NCBI GenBank assembly: GCA_965218425.1
Contig: OZ244621.1
Coordinates: forward strand, 480,001 to 544,000
Direction of reading: 5' to 3'
DNA length: 64,000 nucleotides
DNA from: an uncultured Candidatus Binatia bacterium
GTDB taxonomy: Bacteria > Desulfobacterota > Binatia > UBA9968 > CAXXLF01
Shown here: piece after piece, positions 51,225-61,494 of the stretch
How the letters are laid out: the number at the start of each line of letters is the position of its first letter
Position numbering within the stretch: position 1 is the first letter of the stretch
The notes under the pieces: model-generated
Told to the model about the DNA's origin: nothing
The model's input: only the letters and a program-made list of their open reading frames with translations
Databases searched by the model: none
Translations under genes and position numbers: made by a program

Positions 51225-52196
51225 ATGAAACACACAATTTCACAGACCGAGTTCGAAGGATTTAGGGCATACCGGATGAAATCGGAAGACGCCCTGGTCA
51301 CGGCGACGTTTGTCCCTGATTGCGGTATGGTGGGAGCATCTCTAACCCACAGAGGCGAAGAATTGCTGGTTCAAGAAGACGGTCTGAAGGCCTACGTTGA
51401 GCATGGTAAAACCTTCGGTATTCCTTTGCTACACCCATGGGGCAACCGGTTGCAAAGTGACGTCTATCGGGTTGGAGAAACAGTAGCCGACCTAAAGCCG
51501 GTGACCACACTCGTGGCTCGCGATCCCAACAGTCTACCCATTCACGGCTTAGCCGCAGGCCGCAAGGGGTGGACCGTGACGGAGCTAACTCCAGGCATGA
51601 CCTATGCACGTCTCAGTGCAAAATTAGAGGTGAATTCAGATTCAGAGATCTTCGCCGGTTTTCCGTTCCCCCATCGGTTAGAACATAGAATTACCCTGTC
51701 GGGATTCCGTGGGGGCGCCTCTCTTTCCATTGAGACAACGTTGACCGCCACCGGGGACCTGGGCGTTCCCGTTGTGTTCGGATGGCACCCCTATTTCCAT
51801 CTGCCCGGAGTAAAACGTGAAGATTGGATCGTTGACGTGCCTGTGCGCCGACATTACACGCTCAGCGAGCAGAATCTTCCCACAACGGACCGCGAACCTG
51901 TGGCCGTGAAAAAGGGACCCCTCGGTAACCGAATATACGATGATCTGTTCGATGAATTGGTATGCGCAAACGGTAATCGAGCCGCATTTACCCTGGAGGG
52001 AGGACAAAGAAACCTGGCTGTGTGCTTTGAATACGGCTATCCCTATGCAATCGTATGGGCTCCCGCGGGCCGGGACCTCATCTGTTTTGAGCCCATGACC
52101 GCGGCCACCAACGCCCTCGCCAGTGGATGGCCCGAATTGATTAGTGTGGAACCTGGTGATTCCTACGAGGCCCGATTTTCAATTCTCGTGAGTTGA
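51225..52196 (+). CDS. Aldose 1-epimerase family protein
   Basis: PLLHPWGNRL, IHG, FPFPH, GWHPYF, CFEPMT. Confidence 0.88.
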   Translation: MKHTISQTEFEGFRAYRMKSEDALVTATFVPDCGMVGASLTHRGEELLVQEDGLKAYVEHGKTFGIPLLHPWGNRLQSDVYRVGETVADLKPVTTLVARDPNSLPIHGLAAGRKGWTVTELTPGMTYARLSAKLEVNSDSEIFAGFPFPHRLEHRITLSGFRGGASLSIETTLTATGDLGVPVVFGWHPYFHLPGVKREDWIVDVPVRRHYTLSEQNLPTTDREPVAVKKGPLGNRIYDDLFDELVCANGNRAAFTLEGGQRNLAVCFEYGYPYAIVWAPAGRDLICFEPMTAATNALASGWPELISVEPGDSYEARFSILVS

Positions 52197-52393
52197 GGTG
52201 AACCGGAGTCTCGCCCATGCTTCGAATTGGGCCCGTTGTCTTGCCCCCTCCCGCCAAAGGACGAAAGCGGAAGAAATGCCTCAAAGCACAAGCAGAGACC
52301 GCTGAATAAAATGCTGGATGAGTAATAATTAAAGGGGCGATCCAACGGACCTTGATTGTTGGATTATTCAATTAAAAAGGAGAGTCAAAGGCC

Positions 52394-53267
52394 ATGAAAC
52401 GTGTTTTTCTGTTTATTGCTACCAACTTGGCCATCATTATACTGCTCAGTATAACGTTACGTATCCTGGGAGTAGACAGCATCCTTGACGAGCGGGGTGT
52501 GAACTTAAATATAAACGCCCTATTGATATTTTCCGCTGTGTTCGGCATGGGGGGCTCGTTCATCTCCCTTGCCATCTCCAAATAGACGGCCAAGCGGCTA
52601 ACAGGGGCCCACGTCATCAATCGGCCACGAAACGATGCAGAGGGTTGGCTCGTTAATACAGTGAAACGCAGCCGGAATCGGCATGCCCGAAGTGGCCATC
52701 TACGACTCACCAGACCCAAACGCTTTCGCCACCGGTGCACGCCGAAACAACGCCCTGGTGGCTGTGAGTACCGGCCTCCTGGACAGCATGAAGGCCGAGG
52801 AAGTGGATGCCGTGCTCGCCCACGAGGTGAGTCACATTGCCAACGGTGACATGGTAACTCTTGCCCTTGTACAGGGGGTTGTAAACACGTTCGTTATCTT
52901 TTTGGCTCGCGTCATCGGCCATATAGTAGACCGGGTGGTTTTCAGGAATGAACGTGGTTATGGCATAGGCTATTTCATTGTCGTCATTGTAGCCCAACTC
53001 GTCCTAGGCATGCTTGCAAGTGTGATCGTCTTCTGGTTCTCCCGGCGACGCGAGTTTCGGGCCGACGCCGGCGCTGCGCGCCTGTCAGGAAGAGACAAGA
53101 TGATAGCGGCCCTGGAGTCCCTGAAGCGTAGTAGCAAGCGGGCACAGCTTCCCGAGCAGATCGAAGCCTTCGGCATTTCGGGCGGAGAAAAGGGCGGCAT
53201 CAGGCGGTTGTTCATGACCCATCCGCCACTGAGCGAGCGTATCGCGGCCCTCAAACTGGGAGTGTGA
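52394..53267 (+). pseudogene. htpX: Protease HtpX, disrupted
   Basis: [42 protein letters not shown] at 52583-52585 (probably a former Trp codon) plus a frameshift near 52670. Confidence 0.9.
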
Positions 53268-53346
53268 AAAGGCGGGAATTGTTATTACCGCTGGATAGAA
53301 GTCAAAACGATCCCGTATCGTGCGCCAAGAGGAGGGTCCCCTCCTA

Positions 53347-53885
53347 TCATACGAGAAACAGCGACAGCGCGGGCCAATAGGTGATCATTATAACCGTCAG
53401 AAGCAAAATGACGAAAAAGGGGAAAGTCGCACGGTAGAGCTGCGAGATTGGCTTTTCGAATCGGTAGCCGGCAATGAACAGGCTCATGCCCACAGGGGGA
53501 GTAAAATAACCGATCTGCATGTTGGCCAGGAAGATAATTCCAAGGTGGACGGGGTCGATGCCATAGTTGATGGCAACAGGGAGAATCAGCGGGATAACAA
53601 TCACCAACGCCGAAAAAATATCGAGCATGGTGCCGAGGATCAATAGAAATAGGTTCAGCAGAATAAGAAATGTAATGGGGATCGATACATGCTGACTAAC
53701 AAAGTTAAACAATTTGATGGGCACCTCGGCGTCAACCAGATAATTCGTGGAGGCCAACGACATTCCAAGGATGATCAGGATTCCACTCACCAGGATCATG
53801 GACTTCCGCATGATCGAAATCAGATCGAAGAACTTAACCTCTCGATGAATGATCACCTCGACGGTCAAAACATAGTTGAGTTTCA
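53347..53885 (-). pseudogene. TRAP large permease (DctM) C-terminal remnant
   Basis: GIDPVHLGII...GYFTPPVGMSLF; the N-terminal part is missing. Confidence 0.75.
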
Positions 53886-53917
53886 GTTTTTCCAACACAA
53901 TCGGCGTGTATAGTTCC

Positions 53918-54650
53918 TTATCCGCGAGTCGGCGTGTCGCAGAAGGCAAGGTTTCCTTTGCACATCGATACACCCACTACATTCACCGTGCGTGCCGCAG
54001 TGGCGGTATTTCCACTGGAATCCGTCACTTTGAATACCACAGTATAACTCCCATCCACTCTCGTGTTGACGTTGGAAGTTACTACGACACTTTCTGTCAG
54101 ATCCCCTCCGAGGTTGTCTCTGGCTGTCGCCCCCTTGTCCGTATGGTTCGTACCGATCTTTACCGTAATCGGGTTTGATCCCAGGACCTTGATTACGGGT
54201 AACTTCAACTCTCCCCCCACAGCGGTTGTGCCCCCTCCGCCTGTGCCAAATCCGATAGTATCCGCAATCTCGGGCGTCACTGCTTCGATCACATCCACGG
54301 TTGAGGTGGCTACCTCGGACTGGTTTTTCTTCCTCCATTGAGGTCGCACCGAAAACAGGCCCCCCCCCGGGGGATCATCCCGTTGGCATCGGTTAACACC
54401 CAGACGTCATTAAGGTCAACGCAGGAATCAACACACTCCGTCTGCTCGGCAAACACAATCATACGGTTGCTGGCCAGATTATTATTATAAACCGAGGTGT
54501 GGCTACCACGTCTACTTGGAGGCCCGTCAGTGGTGGAGATTTCCGACCACGCCGGAATAATCGTTCGTCCATTTGAATCGAGCCCATTGGTAGGAGGATC
54601 GTAGATGGCTGCGTGTAGGTCCCGCGCACCTGGTTCGGGTACCATTTCAA
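53918..54650 (-). pseudogene. Remnants of surface proteins: Ig-like (DUF5011-type) domain and kelch-like repeats
   Basis: PVIKVLGSNP...DKGATARDN..GDLT...VTDSSGN; HTSVY...RMIVF...LNDVWVL. Confidence 0.55.
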
Positions 54651-54919
54651 ACCTCGAGGAGGAGGTTAACCAGGCACCTCAAAGTTGCTGATTTAGTAGA
54701 GTCTCAATCCGCTGTCAATAGACGCTACCAATTGGCGATGAATCGTTGTCTTGACACCAGTGTTCATCATAGAGTATTTTCCATTCGAACCACCGATAAT
54801 TGTCGTCCCATTTCCTCTTCAAGATAGCCTTAGGGACAATAGGCGTGTAACGACAAACCAGTCAATGACTGTCGCTTCACAGCAACTGCACTCTCCGCCC
54901 TGAGTGAAGGGAGCCACGG

Positions 54920-56101
54920 ATGCCTGAGCAACCCATAAAAGATAAGACCGCTATCGTAGGGATCGGCTGGACAGCCTTCTCGAGGCGGTCCGGATCAACT
55001 GCCATGAACCTGATTCTGGAGGCGAGCCTCAAGGCGGCTCAGGACGCAGGCCTTTCAGTCCAAGCCCTCGATGGGATTGTGTGTCATTTCCACAAGCATA
55101 TGGACACCGTGGCGCCACGCGAAATGGTGCACGCTCTTGGGATGAAAAAATGCAACTTCGAGGTCTTCAATTCTACAGGCGGCACGTGGAACTGCGCAGC
55201 GACGCTGACAGCAGCCTCCCTTGTCCATAGCGGGATCTGCACCTCCGTGTTGGTTTACCGTGGCATGAACCGTTACAGCGAAGGGCGGGCACAACGGGCC
55301 AGGCGCGCTGAGGAGGTTACAGGGCCCGACCAGTTCACCACCCCTTTCGGATCCCATCACGCAGCGGCTACCTTTGGCCACCGGGCCACAGCTCACATGG
55401 CCCGCTACGGGACCACCACCTTGGATTTTGCTCACCTTGCGGTGACGGAGCGTCAGCATGCCATGCTCAATAAGAAGGCCATGATGCGAAAACCCATGAC
55501 CATCGACGATCATCAAAACTCGCGCTGGATCGTTTACCCATTCCGCCTCTTCGACTGCTGCCAGGAAACCGACGGTGCTGTGGCGTACATCGTCACCTCC
55601 GCCGAGCGGGCACGTGATCTCAAGCATCCGCCGGTTTATATCATGTCCGGAGTTGGCGGTTCGGGACCCACCGAAGGGTTGTGGGAAACCAACGGGGTCA
55701 ATGCCGCGCCGCTTCTCTACGGGGGAGCCGGCGTCACTCCGAAAGACGTGAGTCTGGCCGAGATCTACGATCCCTTCACCTTCATGTGCATGAGCCACAT
55801 CGAAGACTATGGTTTGGTTAAAAAAGGTGAGGTTGGCGCGTGGGTACGAGAAGGTCATAACAAACTCGACGGCACCTGCCCGGTGAACACCCATGGCGGG
55901 TTGCTGTCGGAGGGACATATCCACGGGCAGAATCACGTCATCGAGGCCGTGCAGCAGCTCAGGCCGCAAGGTGTAGTAGACGACCTGTGCGAAGGAACCC
56001 ATAGTTATGACCGGAGCCAATGCCGCCAGGTGCGAAATCCACAGATCGCACTGGTGTGCGGCGAGGGCGGCGGCAGCGCCATGCTGCTACGGAGGACGTA
56101 A
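54920..56101 (+). CDS. Thiolase-like protein (SCP2/Ltp2 type)
   Basis: AIVGIGWT, FDCCQETDGAVA, EIYDPF, PVNTHGGLLSEGH. Confidence 0.9.
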   Translation: MPEQPIKDKTAIVGIGWTAFSRRSGSTAMNLILEASLKAAQDAGLSVQALDGIVCHFHKHMDTVAPREMVHALGMKKCNFEVFNSTGGTWNCAATLTAASLVHSGICTSVLVYRGMNRYSEGRAQRARRAEEVTGPDQFTTPFGSHHAAATFGHRATAHMARYGTTTLDFAHLAVTERQHAMLNKKAMMRKPMTIDDHQNSRWIVYPFRLFDCCQETDGAVAYIVTSAERARDLKHPPVYIMSGVGGSGPTEGLWETNGVNAAPLLYGGAGVTPKDVSLAEIYDPFTFMCMSHIEDYGLVKKGEVGAWVREGHNKLDGTCPVNTHGGLLSEGHIHGQNHVIEAVQQLRPQGVVDDLCEGTHSYDRSQCRQVRNPQIALVCGEGGGSAMLLRRT

Positions 56102-56104
56102 CAC

Positions 56105-56530
56105 ATGACGGAATATGCCAAGCCACTACCGGCACCCGATTCGGATTCCAAGCCTTTTTGGGATGCGTGTAAGGGACACGAGCTTCGGGCGCAACGGTGC
56201 ACGGCGTGCCGGCGCTTTCGTTGGCCGCCCCAGGGTGTGTGCCCTTCTTGCTATTCCTGGGATTACGAGTGGGCAAAGCTGGCGGAGACCGGTATCGTGA
56301 ATTCCTTCGTGGCGGTGCACTACGTTTCTGTGCCCACATTCGCTGACGACGTTCCTTACGTCATCGCCCAGATTACCATGGACGGCACCGATGACCAAGT
56401 CACCCTGACCAGCAACGTCATTAATTGCCCATGGGAAATAGTAAAGGTTGGAATGGCGGTGAGTGTGGTGTACGACGACGTTACACCGGAGTATACTCTA
56501 CCGAAATTTCGCCCCATCGCATCATCGTGA
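56105..56530 (+). CDS. DUF35 Zn-ribbon/OB-fold protein
   Basis: PFW...QRCTAC...PP..VCPSC; VGMAV. Confidence 0.92.
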   Translation: MTEYAKPLPAPDSDSKPFWDACKGHELRAQRCTACRRFRWPPQGVCPSCYSWDYEWAKLAETGIVNSFVAVHYVSVPTFADDVPYVIAQITMDGTDDQVTLTSNVINCPWEIVKVGMAVSVVYDDVTPEYTLPKFRPIASS

Positions 56531-56576
56531 CCCACACCCGATTAACAAATTCTCAAGGTCATGGAGGTAAACCCTG

Positions 56577-57737
56577 ATGGCTGGACCCTTGTTTGGAGTA
56601 CGAGTGTTGGATCTCACCCACGTCCTCAACGGACCCTTCTGCACCATGCTGCTGGCTCACATGGGAGCGGAGGTCCTAAAGGTAGAACACGGCTCGGGAG
56701 ACCGTTTTCGCCACGCCTGGATGCCCCCCGATGCCAAGCATGACGGCTATGAGTTTCTCATGGTGAACAGCAACAAGAAAGGAATCACCCTCAACCTCAA
56801 GCATGACAAAGGCGGTAAACTCTTTCGCGAGCTAGTCAAGAAATCCGACGTGTTAGTGGAAAACTTCACGGTGGGTGTGATGGATCGTTTGGGCTTCGGC
56901 TACCATGCCTTGCGCGAACTCAACCCCAGGATCATCTATGCGTGCAGCCGGGGTTATGGGGAGAGCGGGCCCTACAAACATGTGCGCGCCAACGCCGCTA
57001 CGATCATGGCCATGTCCGGATGGCAGTTCGCGGCGCAAGAGTTGGCTGGAAAACCCGGGTTCAAAGCCTTGGGCATCGGCGACGAGGCAGCCGGATTTTC
57101 CATGGCTCTTGCCGTTTGCGCGGCTCTGTATGCTCGGGAGCAGACAGGGAAAGGACAAAAGATCGAAATCTCCATGCAAGAAGCCCTCATGGGCTTCATG
57201 GTGAGCACTTTCCACACCCTCTTCGAGGGTCGCAAGGTCGGCCAGCCACCAAAGGAATGCGCCGACGGGCATTACGCCTTTCACCTGCCCGATGTTTCTG
57301 ACGAGTTGTGGGGAAAGCTGTGCACGGCCATGGGAACACCCGAGGTGGCCAAGGACCCGCGATTCGCAACAAACAAGGCCCGACGGCGGAATTATGAGGA
57401 CGTGGAAGCCCTGGTCTCCAAGTGGGTCCGTGGTAAAACTCGGCAAGAGCTGTGGGACATGTTGAGCTCCTTCGGACTCTCCAGCGGTATGGTCCTGGGT
57501 CTGGCAGAAGTCCTGGATAATCCACATATTCAGGAGCGCAGGGCCTTTGTCGATATCGAGCACCCAGAGGCCGGTGCCGTCAAACTGCTCGCGCCTTGGA
57601 TGCGCTTTTCCGAAACGCCAGGGGCAATCACCAGTGCGGCCCCTTTGATCGGACAGCACAATCATGAGGTGTACAATTCCATGCTTGGCTTGAGCGAGGC
57701 CGAGGTGAACCAGCTTGCGGAGGAAGGCGCCATCTAG
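56577..57737 (+). CDS. Family III CoA-transferase (CaiB/BaiF)
   Basis: VLDLTHVLNGP, NSNKKGITLNLK, DVLVENF, catalytic Asp in IGDEAAG. Confidence 0.92.
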   Translation: MAGPLFGVRVLDLTHVLNGPFCTMLLAHMGAEVLKVEHGSGDRFRHAWMPPDAKHDGYEFLMVNSNKKGITLNLKHDKGGKLFRELVKKSDVLVENFTVGVMDRLGFGYHALRELNPRIIYACSRGYGESGPYKHVRANAATIMAMSGWQFAAQELAGKPGFKALGIGDEAAGFSMALAVCAALYAREQTGKGQKIEISMQEALMGFMVSTFHTLFEGRKVGQPPKECADGHYAFHLPDVSDELWGKLCTAMGTPEVAKDPRFATNKARRRNYEDVEALVSKWVRGKTRQELWDMLSSFGLSSGMVLGLAEVLDNPHIQERRAFVDIEHPEAGAVKLLAPWMRFSETPGAITSAAPLIGQHNHEVYNSMLGLSEAEVNQLAEEGAI

Positions 57738-57834
57738 CCATTCAGGATGCGGAGCGTGCAATTGCGGTGGGTATCGACCGTACGAATGTAGACGAATCGG
57801 CCTGCGCTAAAATCAGCCCAAACGGAGGGTCATT

Positions 57835-58998
57835 ATGAATCAAGCCCTGGAGGACGTTCGCGTCGTCGATTTAACCCATGCCCTCAACGGGCCGTTTTGC
57901 ACCATGGTGCTCGGCCACTTGGGAGCGGAGATCATCAAGGTGGAGCCCCCCAAGGGAGACAACTTCCGTCGCTCCTGGATGCCACCGGGGTCCCCCGTGG
58001 ACGGCTACGAGTTCATGATGGTCAACACCAACAAAAAAAGTGTGGCCGTGGACCTCAAGACCAAAGAGGGGCGTGAGATCGTCCGTAAGCTTATTGCCGT
58101 CTCGGACGTGCTGGTGGAGAACTACCAGAAAGGGACCATAGAGAAATTTGGCCTGGACTACGAGTCGGTGAGGAAGATTAATCCGAGGCTGATTTATGCC
58201 TGTTCGCGCGGCTATGGTGAGACGGGGCCATACTCGCCCTATGGGTCCAACGCCGGGGTCAATAACGGCATGAGTGCCTGGACCCACGCGTCATGGCAGT
58301 ACAACGGCGCCCCTGGGACCAAACCCATTGGAATAGGTGACGAGGCGGGGGGCATCAGCATGGCAGTGGGAATTTTAGCGGCTCTCCACGCCCGCGAGCG
58401 AACCGATAAGGGACAGAAAATCGAAATCTCCATGCAGGAGGCTGTGTTGGGATTCATGGCCAGTACATACCACGAATATTTTACGGGCAACAAGATAGGC
58501 TCCCTACCGACCCAAGTGGGCGACGGTTATTTCACCCTGCGACTGCCCGAGATCACCGATGCGAACTGGAGGAAACTCGCGGCGGCAATGGAGCGCGAAG
58601 ACCTGCAAGACGATCCGCGGTTTGCCACCGCGCAAGGGCGACGAGCGCATCGTAAAGAGCTAAGCGAAGTCCTCTTTACCTGGGCGCGGCCGAGGACTCG
58701 GCAGGAATTATGGCTTAAGCTTCGCGATCTCGGCTACTTTGGAGCGCCGGTGCTTTCCTTGGAGGAAGTACTTGAGGACCCTCATATCAAAGCGCGTGAG
58801 GCTTTCGTCCAGCGAGAACATCCAGTGGCCGGGCCAATCACCTTGTTGGCGCCATGGATTCGCATGTCCGAGACCCCATCCGGCATTCGCCAGATGTCGC
58901 CAAGAGTAGGCCAACACACAGACGAGGTGCTGCGGGGCCTGCTCAACTGTACGGACGTGGAGGTCGAACACCTACGTGAGGAAGGGGTCGTACGTTAG
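57835..58998 (+). CDS. Family III CoA-transferase (CaiB/BaiF), paralog of the upstream gene
   Basis: VVDLTHALNGP, NTNKKSV, IGDEAGG; many identical blocks with the previous ORF. Confidence 0.92.
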   Translation: MNQALEDVRVVDLTHALNGPFCTMVLGHLGAEIIKVEPPKGDNFRRSWMPPGSPVDGYEFMMVNTNKKSVAVDLKTKEGREIVRKLIAVSDVLVENYQKGTIEKFGLDYESVRKINPRLIYACSRGYGETGPYSPYGSNAGVNNGMSAWTHASWQYNGAPGTKPIGIGDEAGGISMAVGILAALHARERTDKGQKIEISMQEAVLGFMASTYHEYFTGNKIGSLPTQVGDGYFTLRLPEITDANWRKLAAAMEREDLQDDPRFATAQGRRAHRKELSEVLFTWARPRTRQELWLKLRDLGYFGAPVLSLEEVLEDPHIKAREAFVQREHPVAGPITLLAPWIRMSETPSGIRQMSPRVGQHTDEVLRGLLNCTDVEVEHLREEGVVR

Positions 58999-59086
58999 CA
59001 AGGTCTGCATCCCTCCACCCTTTGGAGCCCGGGCATAAATGGGTTTCCATCCGCTTCCGGAACAATCGTTCAGGACCCTATCAGGT

Positions 59087-60160
59087 TTAGGGCCATGGTA
59101 TAGGTCCGGCTCCGGCAATCTGCTTAAAGACAGTGATAACCTCAGGGTCTTTGGACAGTGATCTGACCGCCGTTGTTTGCTCATCCGCCAACACAGGAGC
59201 CGGAGGCTCTCCCGTCAATTTTTCCCATTCCTTCGTCAACCGAGGATCTTTAAGGGTCTTGTCGAAGGCCTCCTTCAGAATTTTAACGCGATCCGCGGGA
59301 ACCCCGGGAGGAAGCAGATAGGGTGAACCCACCAAGCGAATGTTGCGGCGAAGCTCCAGCGCTTTCCGCTGCGCTTTCGTTTTCGAGAACTGATCCAAGG
59401 CAGGAACGCCCTTAAAGGCCGGATGAGAAATCCGGTGCCCCTTGGGAACCTCCATCACTGCGTGAAGATCGATGAGCTTGTCGCTGATCCATTCGGGGTT
59501 TCTTCGGAGCATGGTTGCGTTGTTATTAGACCGCGCGTCCAGTTCCCCGCGTATGAATGCCACGTCCATTTCAGGCCCCGAGTAGCCCACGACGAAACGA
59601 GCGTTTCTTAGGTCCAAGATCCAAACAAAGAGCCGTGCCTGGGTATAGACATCGTGGCCGATATTCTGGCCGCCGACCCTGACCCTGGGAGCCGCCCGAA
59701 GCTTGTCCAAGGTGTCGAGACCCAGGTCTTTTCGGGTAAAGAACGCATAGCTACCCTTGCTGTTGCCCGAGCCGAGGTAGGCCACCTTCCGAACATCGTA
59801 GTTTGCACCGGGCTGACCCAATACGGCATTCATTAAAAAACCACCGCCAATGTTAGCGATGGTAAGACCGTCGGGGCGTGCCGCTCTGTAGAGGTGGTTT
59901 GCGGCCAGTCTCCCACCGCCTCCGGGCATGTACTGTGAGAGGATGCCGGGGTGTCCCGGAATGTGGTCCGAAAGGAACTTCATTATGCTCCTCACCCGCA
60001 TATCCCCCGCCCCGCCGGGCCGGCGTGCCTGAATCAGCTTGATGGTTTTACCCTTAAAAAAAGGTTCGGAATCCGCACGGGCAGGTGAACCAACGGGGAA
60101 AGTCAACAGGGTTACAATTGCGATGGGACCTAGCCCCCGCAGAGTTCGCCTTTCGTTCAT
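59087..60160 (-). CDS. TctC/Bug-like tripartite tricarboxylate transporter binding protein
   Basis: Signal peptide; FFKGKTI, PGG..D, MPGGGG, PDGLTI, PPGVPADRV. Confidence 0.82.
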   Translation of the reverse strand: MNERRTLRGLGPIAIVTLLTFPVGSPARADSEPFFKGKTIKLIQARRPGGAGDMRVRSIMKFLSDHIPGHPGILSQYMPGGGGRLAANHLYRAARPDGLTIANIGGGFLMNAVLGQPGANYDVRKVAYLGSGNSKGSYAFFTRKDLGLDTLDKLRAAPRVRVGGQNIGHDVYTQARLFVWILDLRNARFVVGYSGPEMDVAFIRGELDARSNNNATMLRRNPEWISDKLIDLHAVMEVPKGHRISHPAFKGVPALDQFSKTKAQRKALELRRNIRLVGSPYLLPPGVPADRVKILKEAFDKTLKDPRLTKEWEKLTGEPPAPVLADEQTTAVRSLSKDPEVITVFKQIAGAGPIPWP

Positions 60161-60323
60161 CTTGGTGCTCCTCCTCTTGCCTTGCTATGGTTGATCAGGA
60201 TTGTGTCAGGCAATATTCTCTGATAGTCGATTTGAGAGCTTACTGAAACACGACGCCCCACTCATTGTCAAGGAAGGATGAACCGGGTCCTTTTCCTTAG
60301 GTTGGGGGAGCGGGAGGATGCAT

Positions 60324-60545
60324 ATGACTATAGGAGACACACCAATCATCGACTTCGACAACCACCTGGTGGACGACCTTTCCTCCTAGGGGCAATGGGT
60401 GGAAGAGGAGTGGAGGTCTGTTCTACCAAAACAAATGCCCGGCTCAGCGGATGAACGACCGCGGACCTTGGTGGGGGAGCAGGTAATGTTAGGCAGCGAA
60501 CCTGCTTCGCCTGAGGGTCGATTAAGCACCAAAACGGATTTGGAT
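60324..60545 (+). pseudogene. Amidohydrolase N-terminal remnant
   Basis: GGAGG RBS; MTIGDTPIIDFDNHLVDD (DxDxH), in-frame TAG, truncated at the tRNA 3' end. Confidence 0.6.
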
Positions 60546-60566
60546 TTTATTCTGACTTGTTCGTTC

Positions 60567-60656
60567 TGGTGCCGGGAGCCGGACTCGAACCGGCACGGGC
60601 CTTGCGGCCCTCGGGATTTTAAGTCCCGTGTGTCTACCAAATTCCACCATCCCGGC
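60567..60656 (-). tRNA. tRNA-Leu(TAA)
   Basis: GCCGGGA/TCCCGGC acceptor stem, anticodon loop CTTAAAA, long variable arm, GGTTCGAGTCC, encoded CCA. Confidence 0.96.
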
Positions 60657-61018
60657 GTAAAAGGATTCAATAACTTACTGCCCCGAACTCGTCAACCTGT
60701 TCAGATTAATCATGTCCCAATCATTTTCTGAAGGGGGGCAGGATACCACCGCTCCTCTCGATCAGATCCAACCCTTCCTTCGTTGCTGTAAAAGGATTAA
60801 AGTTGACCGCACGGCCCCGACACTTCAACACGGTTTTGGTTTTGCGGAGCGTTACAAAGTTATAACTTCTTGATCACTCCAATTTTATCGCCAGTGGCTC
60901 ATGGTTGATCCCAAGGAAAGCCCCTCTGAAGCTTCCTTTCATTTAAGAAAAAAGCTTGCAAGCAACCAGAAATTAGGCTATTTATCTATCTTAAAACTTA
61001 CTCTAGGAGGTTTTCCGC

Positions 61019-61387
61019 ATGATGGAGTGGAAGAAAAAGGTCTTAACTTTGGCATTGGGCCCTGCCTTAGTGGCATTGACTGCCCATGGTTGTGCCCTTC
61101 TTAACCATACACACCCAGACCTTCAGGTGGATACAAAGGCGGTTGAAGAGGCCACACGGGCTGCCCGGCAGGCAGCATCTAATGCGGATTCAGCAGCGTC
61201 AAGAGCCAATGCGGCGGCAAGAAAGGCTGAATCAGCGGCGTCCTCTGCCAACTCGGCCGCATCCCGTGCCGAGCGAGCGGCCACCAAGTCCGAGCGAGCG
61301 GCCACCAAGTCCGAGCGAGCAGCCACCAAGTCCGAACGGGCAGCTGATAGGGCCGAAGCGATATTCAAGAAGACGCTCAGGAAGTAG
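61019..61387 (+). CDS. Alanine-zipper lipoprotein (Lpp/OprI-like)
   Basis: Lipobox AHGC, Ala-rich heptads, C-terminal FKKTLRK. Confidence 0.75.
   Translation: MMEWKKKVLTLALGPALVALTAHGCALLNHTHPDLQVDTKAVEEATRAARQAASNADSAASRANAAARKAESAASSANSAASRAERAATKSERAATKSERAATKSERAADRAEAIFKKTLRK
61271..61333 (+). repeat. 21-bp tandem repeat x3 (ERAATKS heptad)
   Basis: gagcgagcggccaccaagtcc twice exact, third copy with one mismatch. Confidence 0.95.
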
Positions 61388-61494
61388 ATCCACAATTTTT
61401 GTTTACAAGCTATGGATAAGTCAAAATAGACCGGAGCCAGAGGGCGAGAAACAGCGGGGGGGAACAAACTGCCTAAGTTGTGATCCCCTCAAAG

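Noticed and set aside
52583..52585. In-frame TAG codons in htpX, the MsrP-like gene, the amidohydrolase and the TPR lipoprotein as possible pyrrolysine or stop-codon reassignment
   Set aside because: Each gene also has frameshifts, deletions or truncation, and TAG ends many intact genes here. These are best read as nonsense mutations.
55055..57761. Long minus-strand ORFs (321 and 302 aa)
   Set aside because: Antisense shadows of the thiolase and CoA-transferase genes.
60567..60656. Long-variable-arm tRNA as tRNA-Sec
   Set aside because: Anticodon is TAA with a 7-bp acceptor stem, which is tRNA-Leu.
61271..61333. Repeat as a CRISPR array
   Set aside because: No spacers; in-frame coding tandem repeat; no cas genes.
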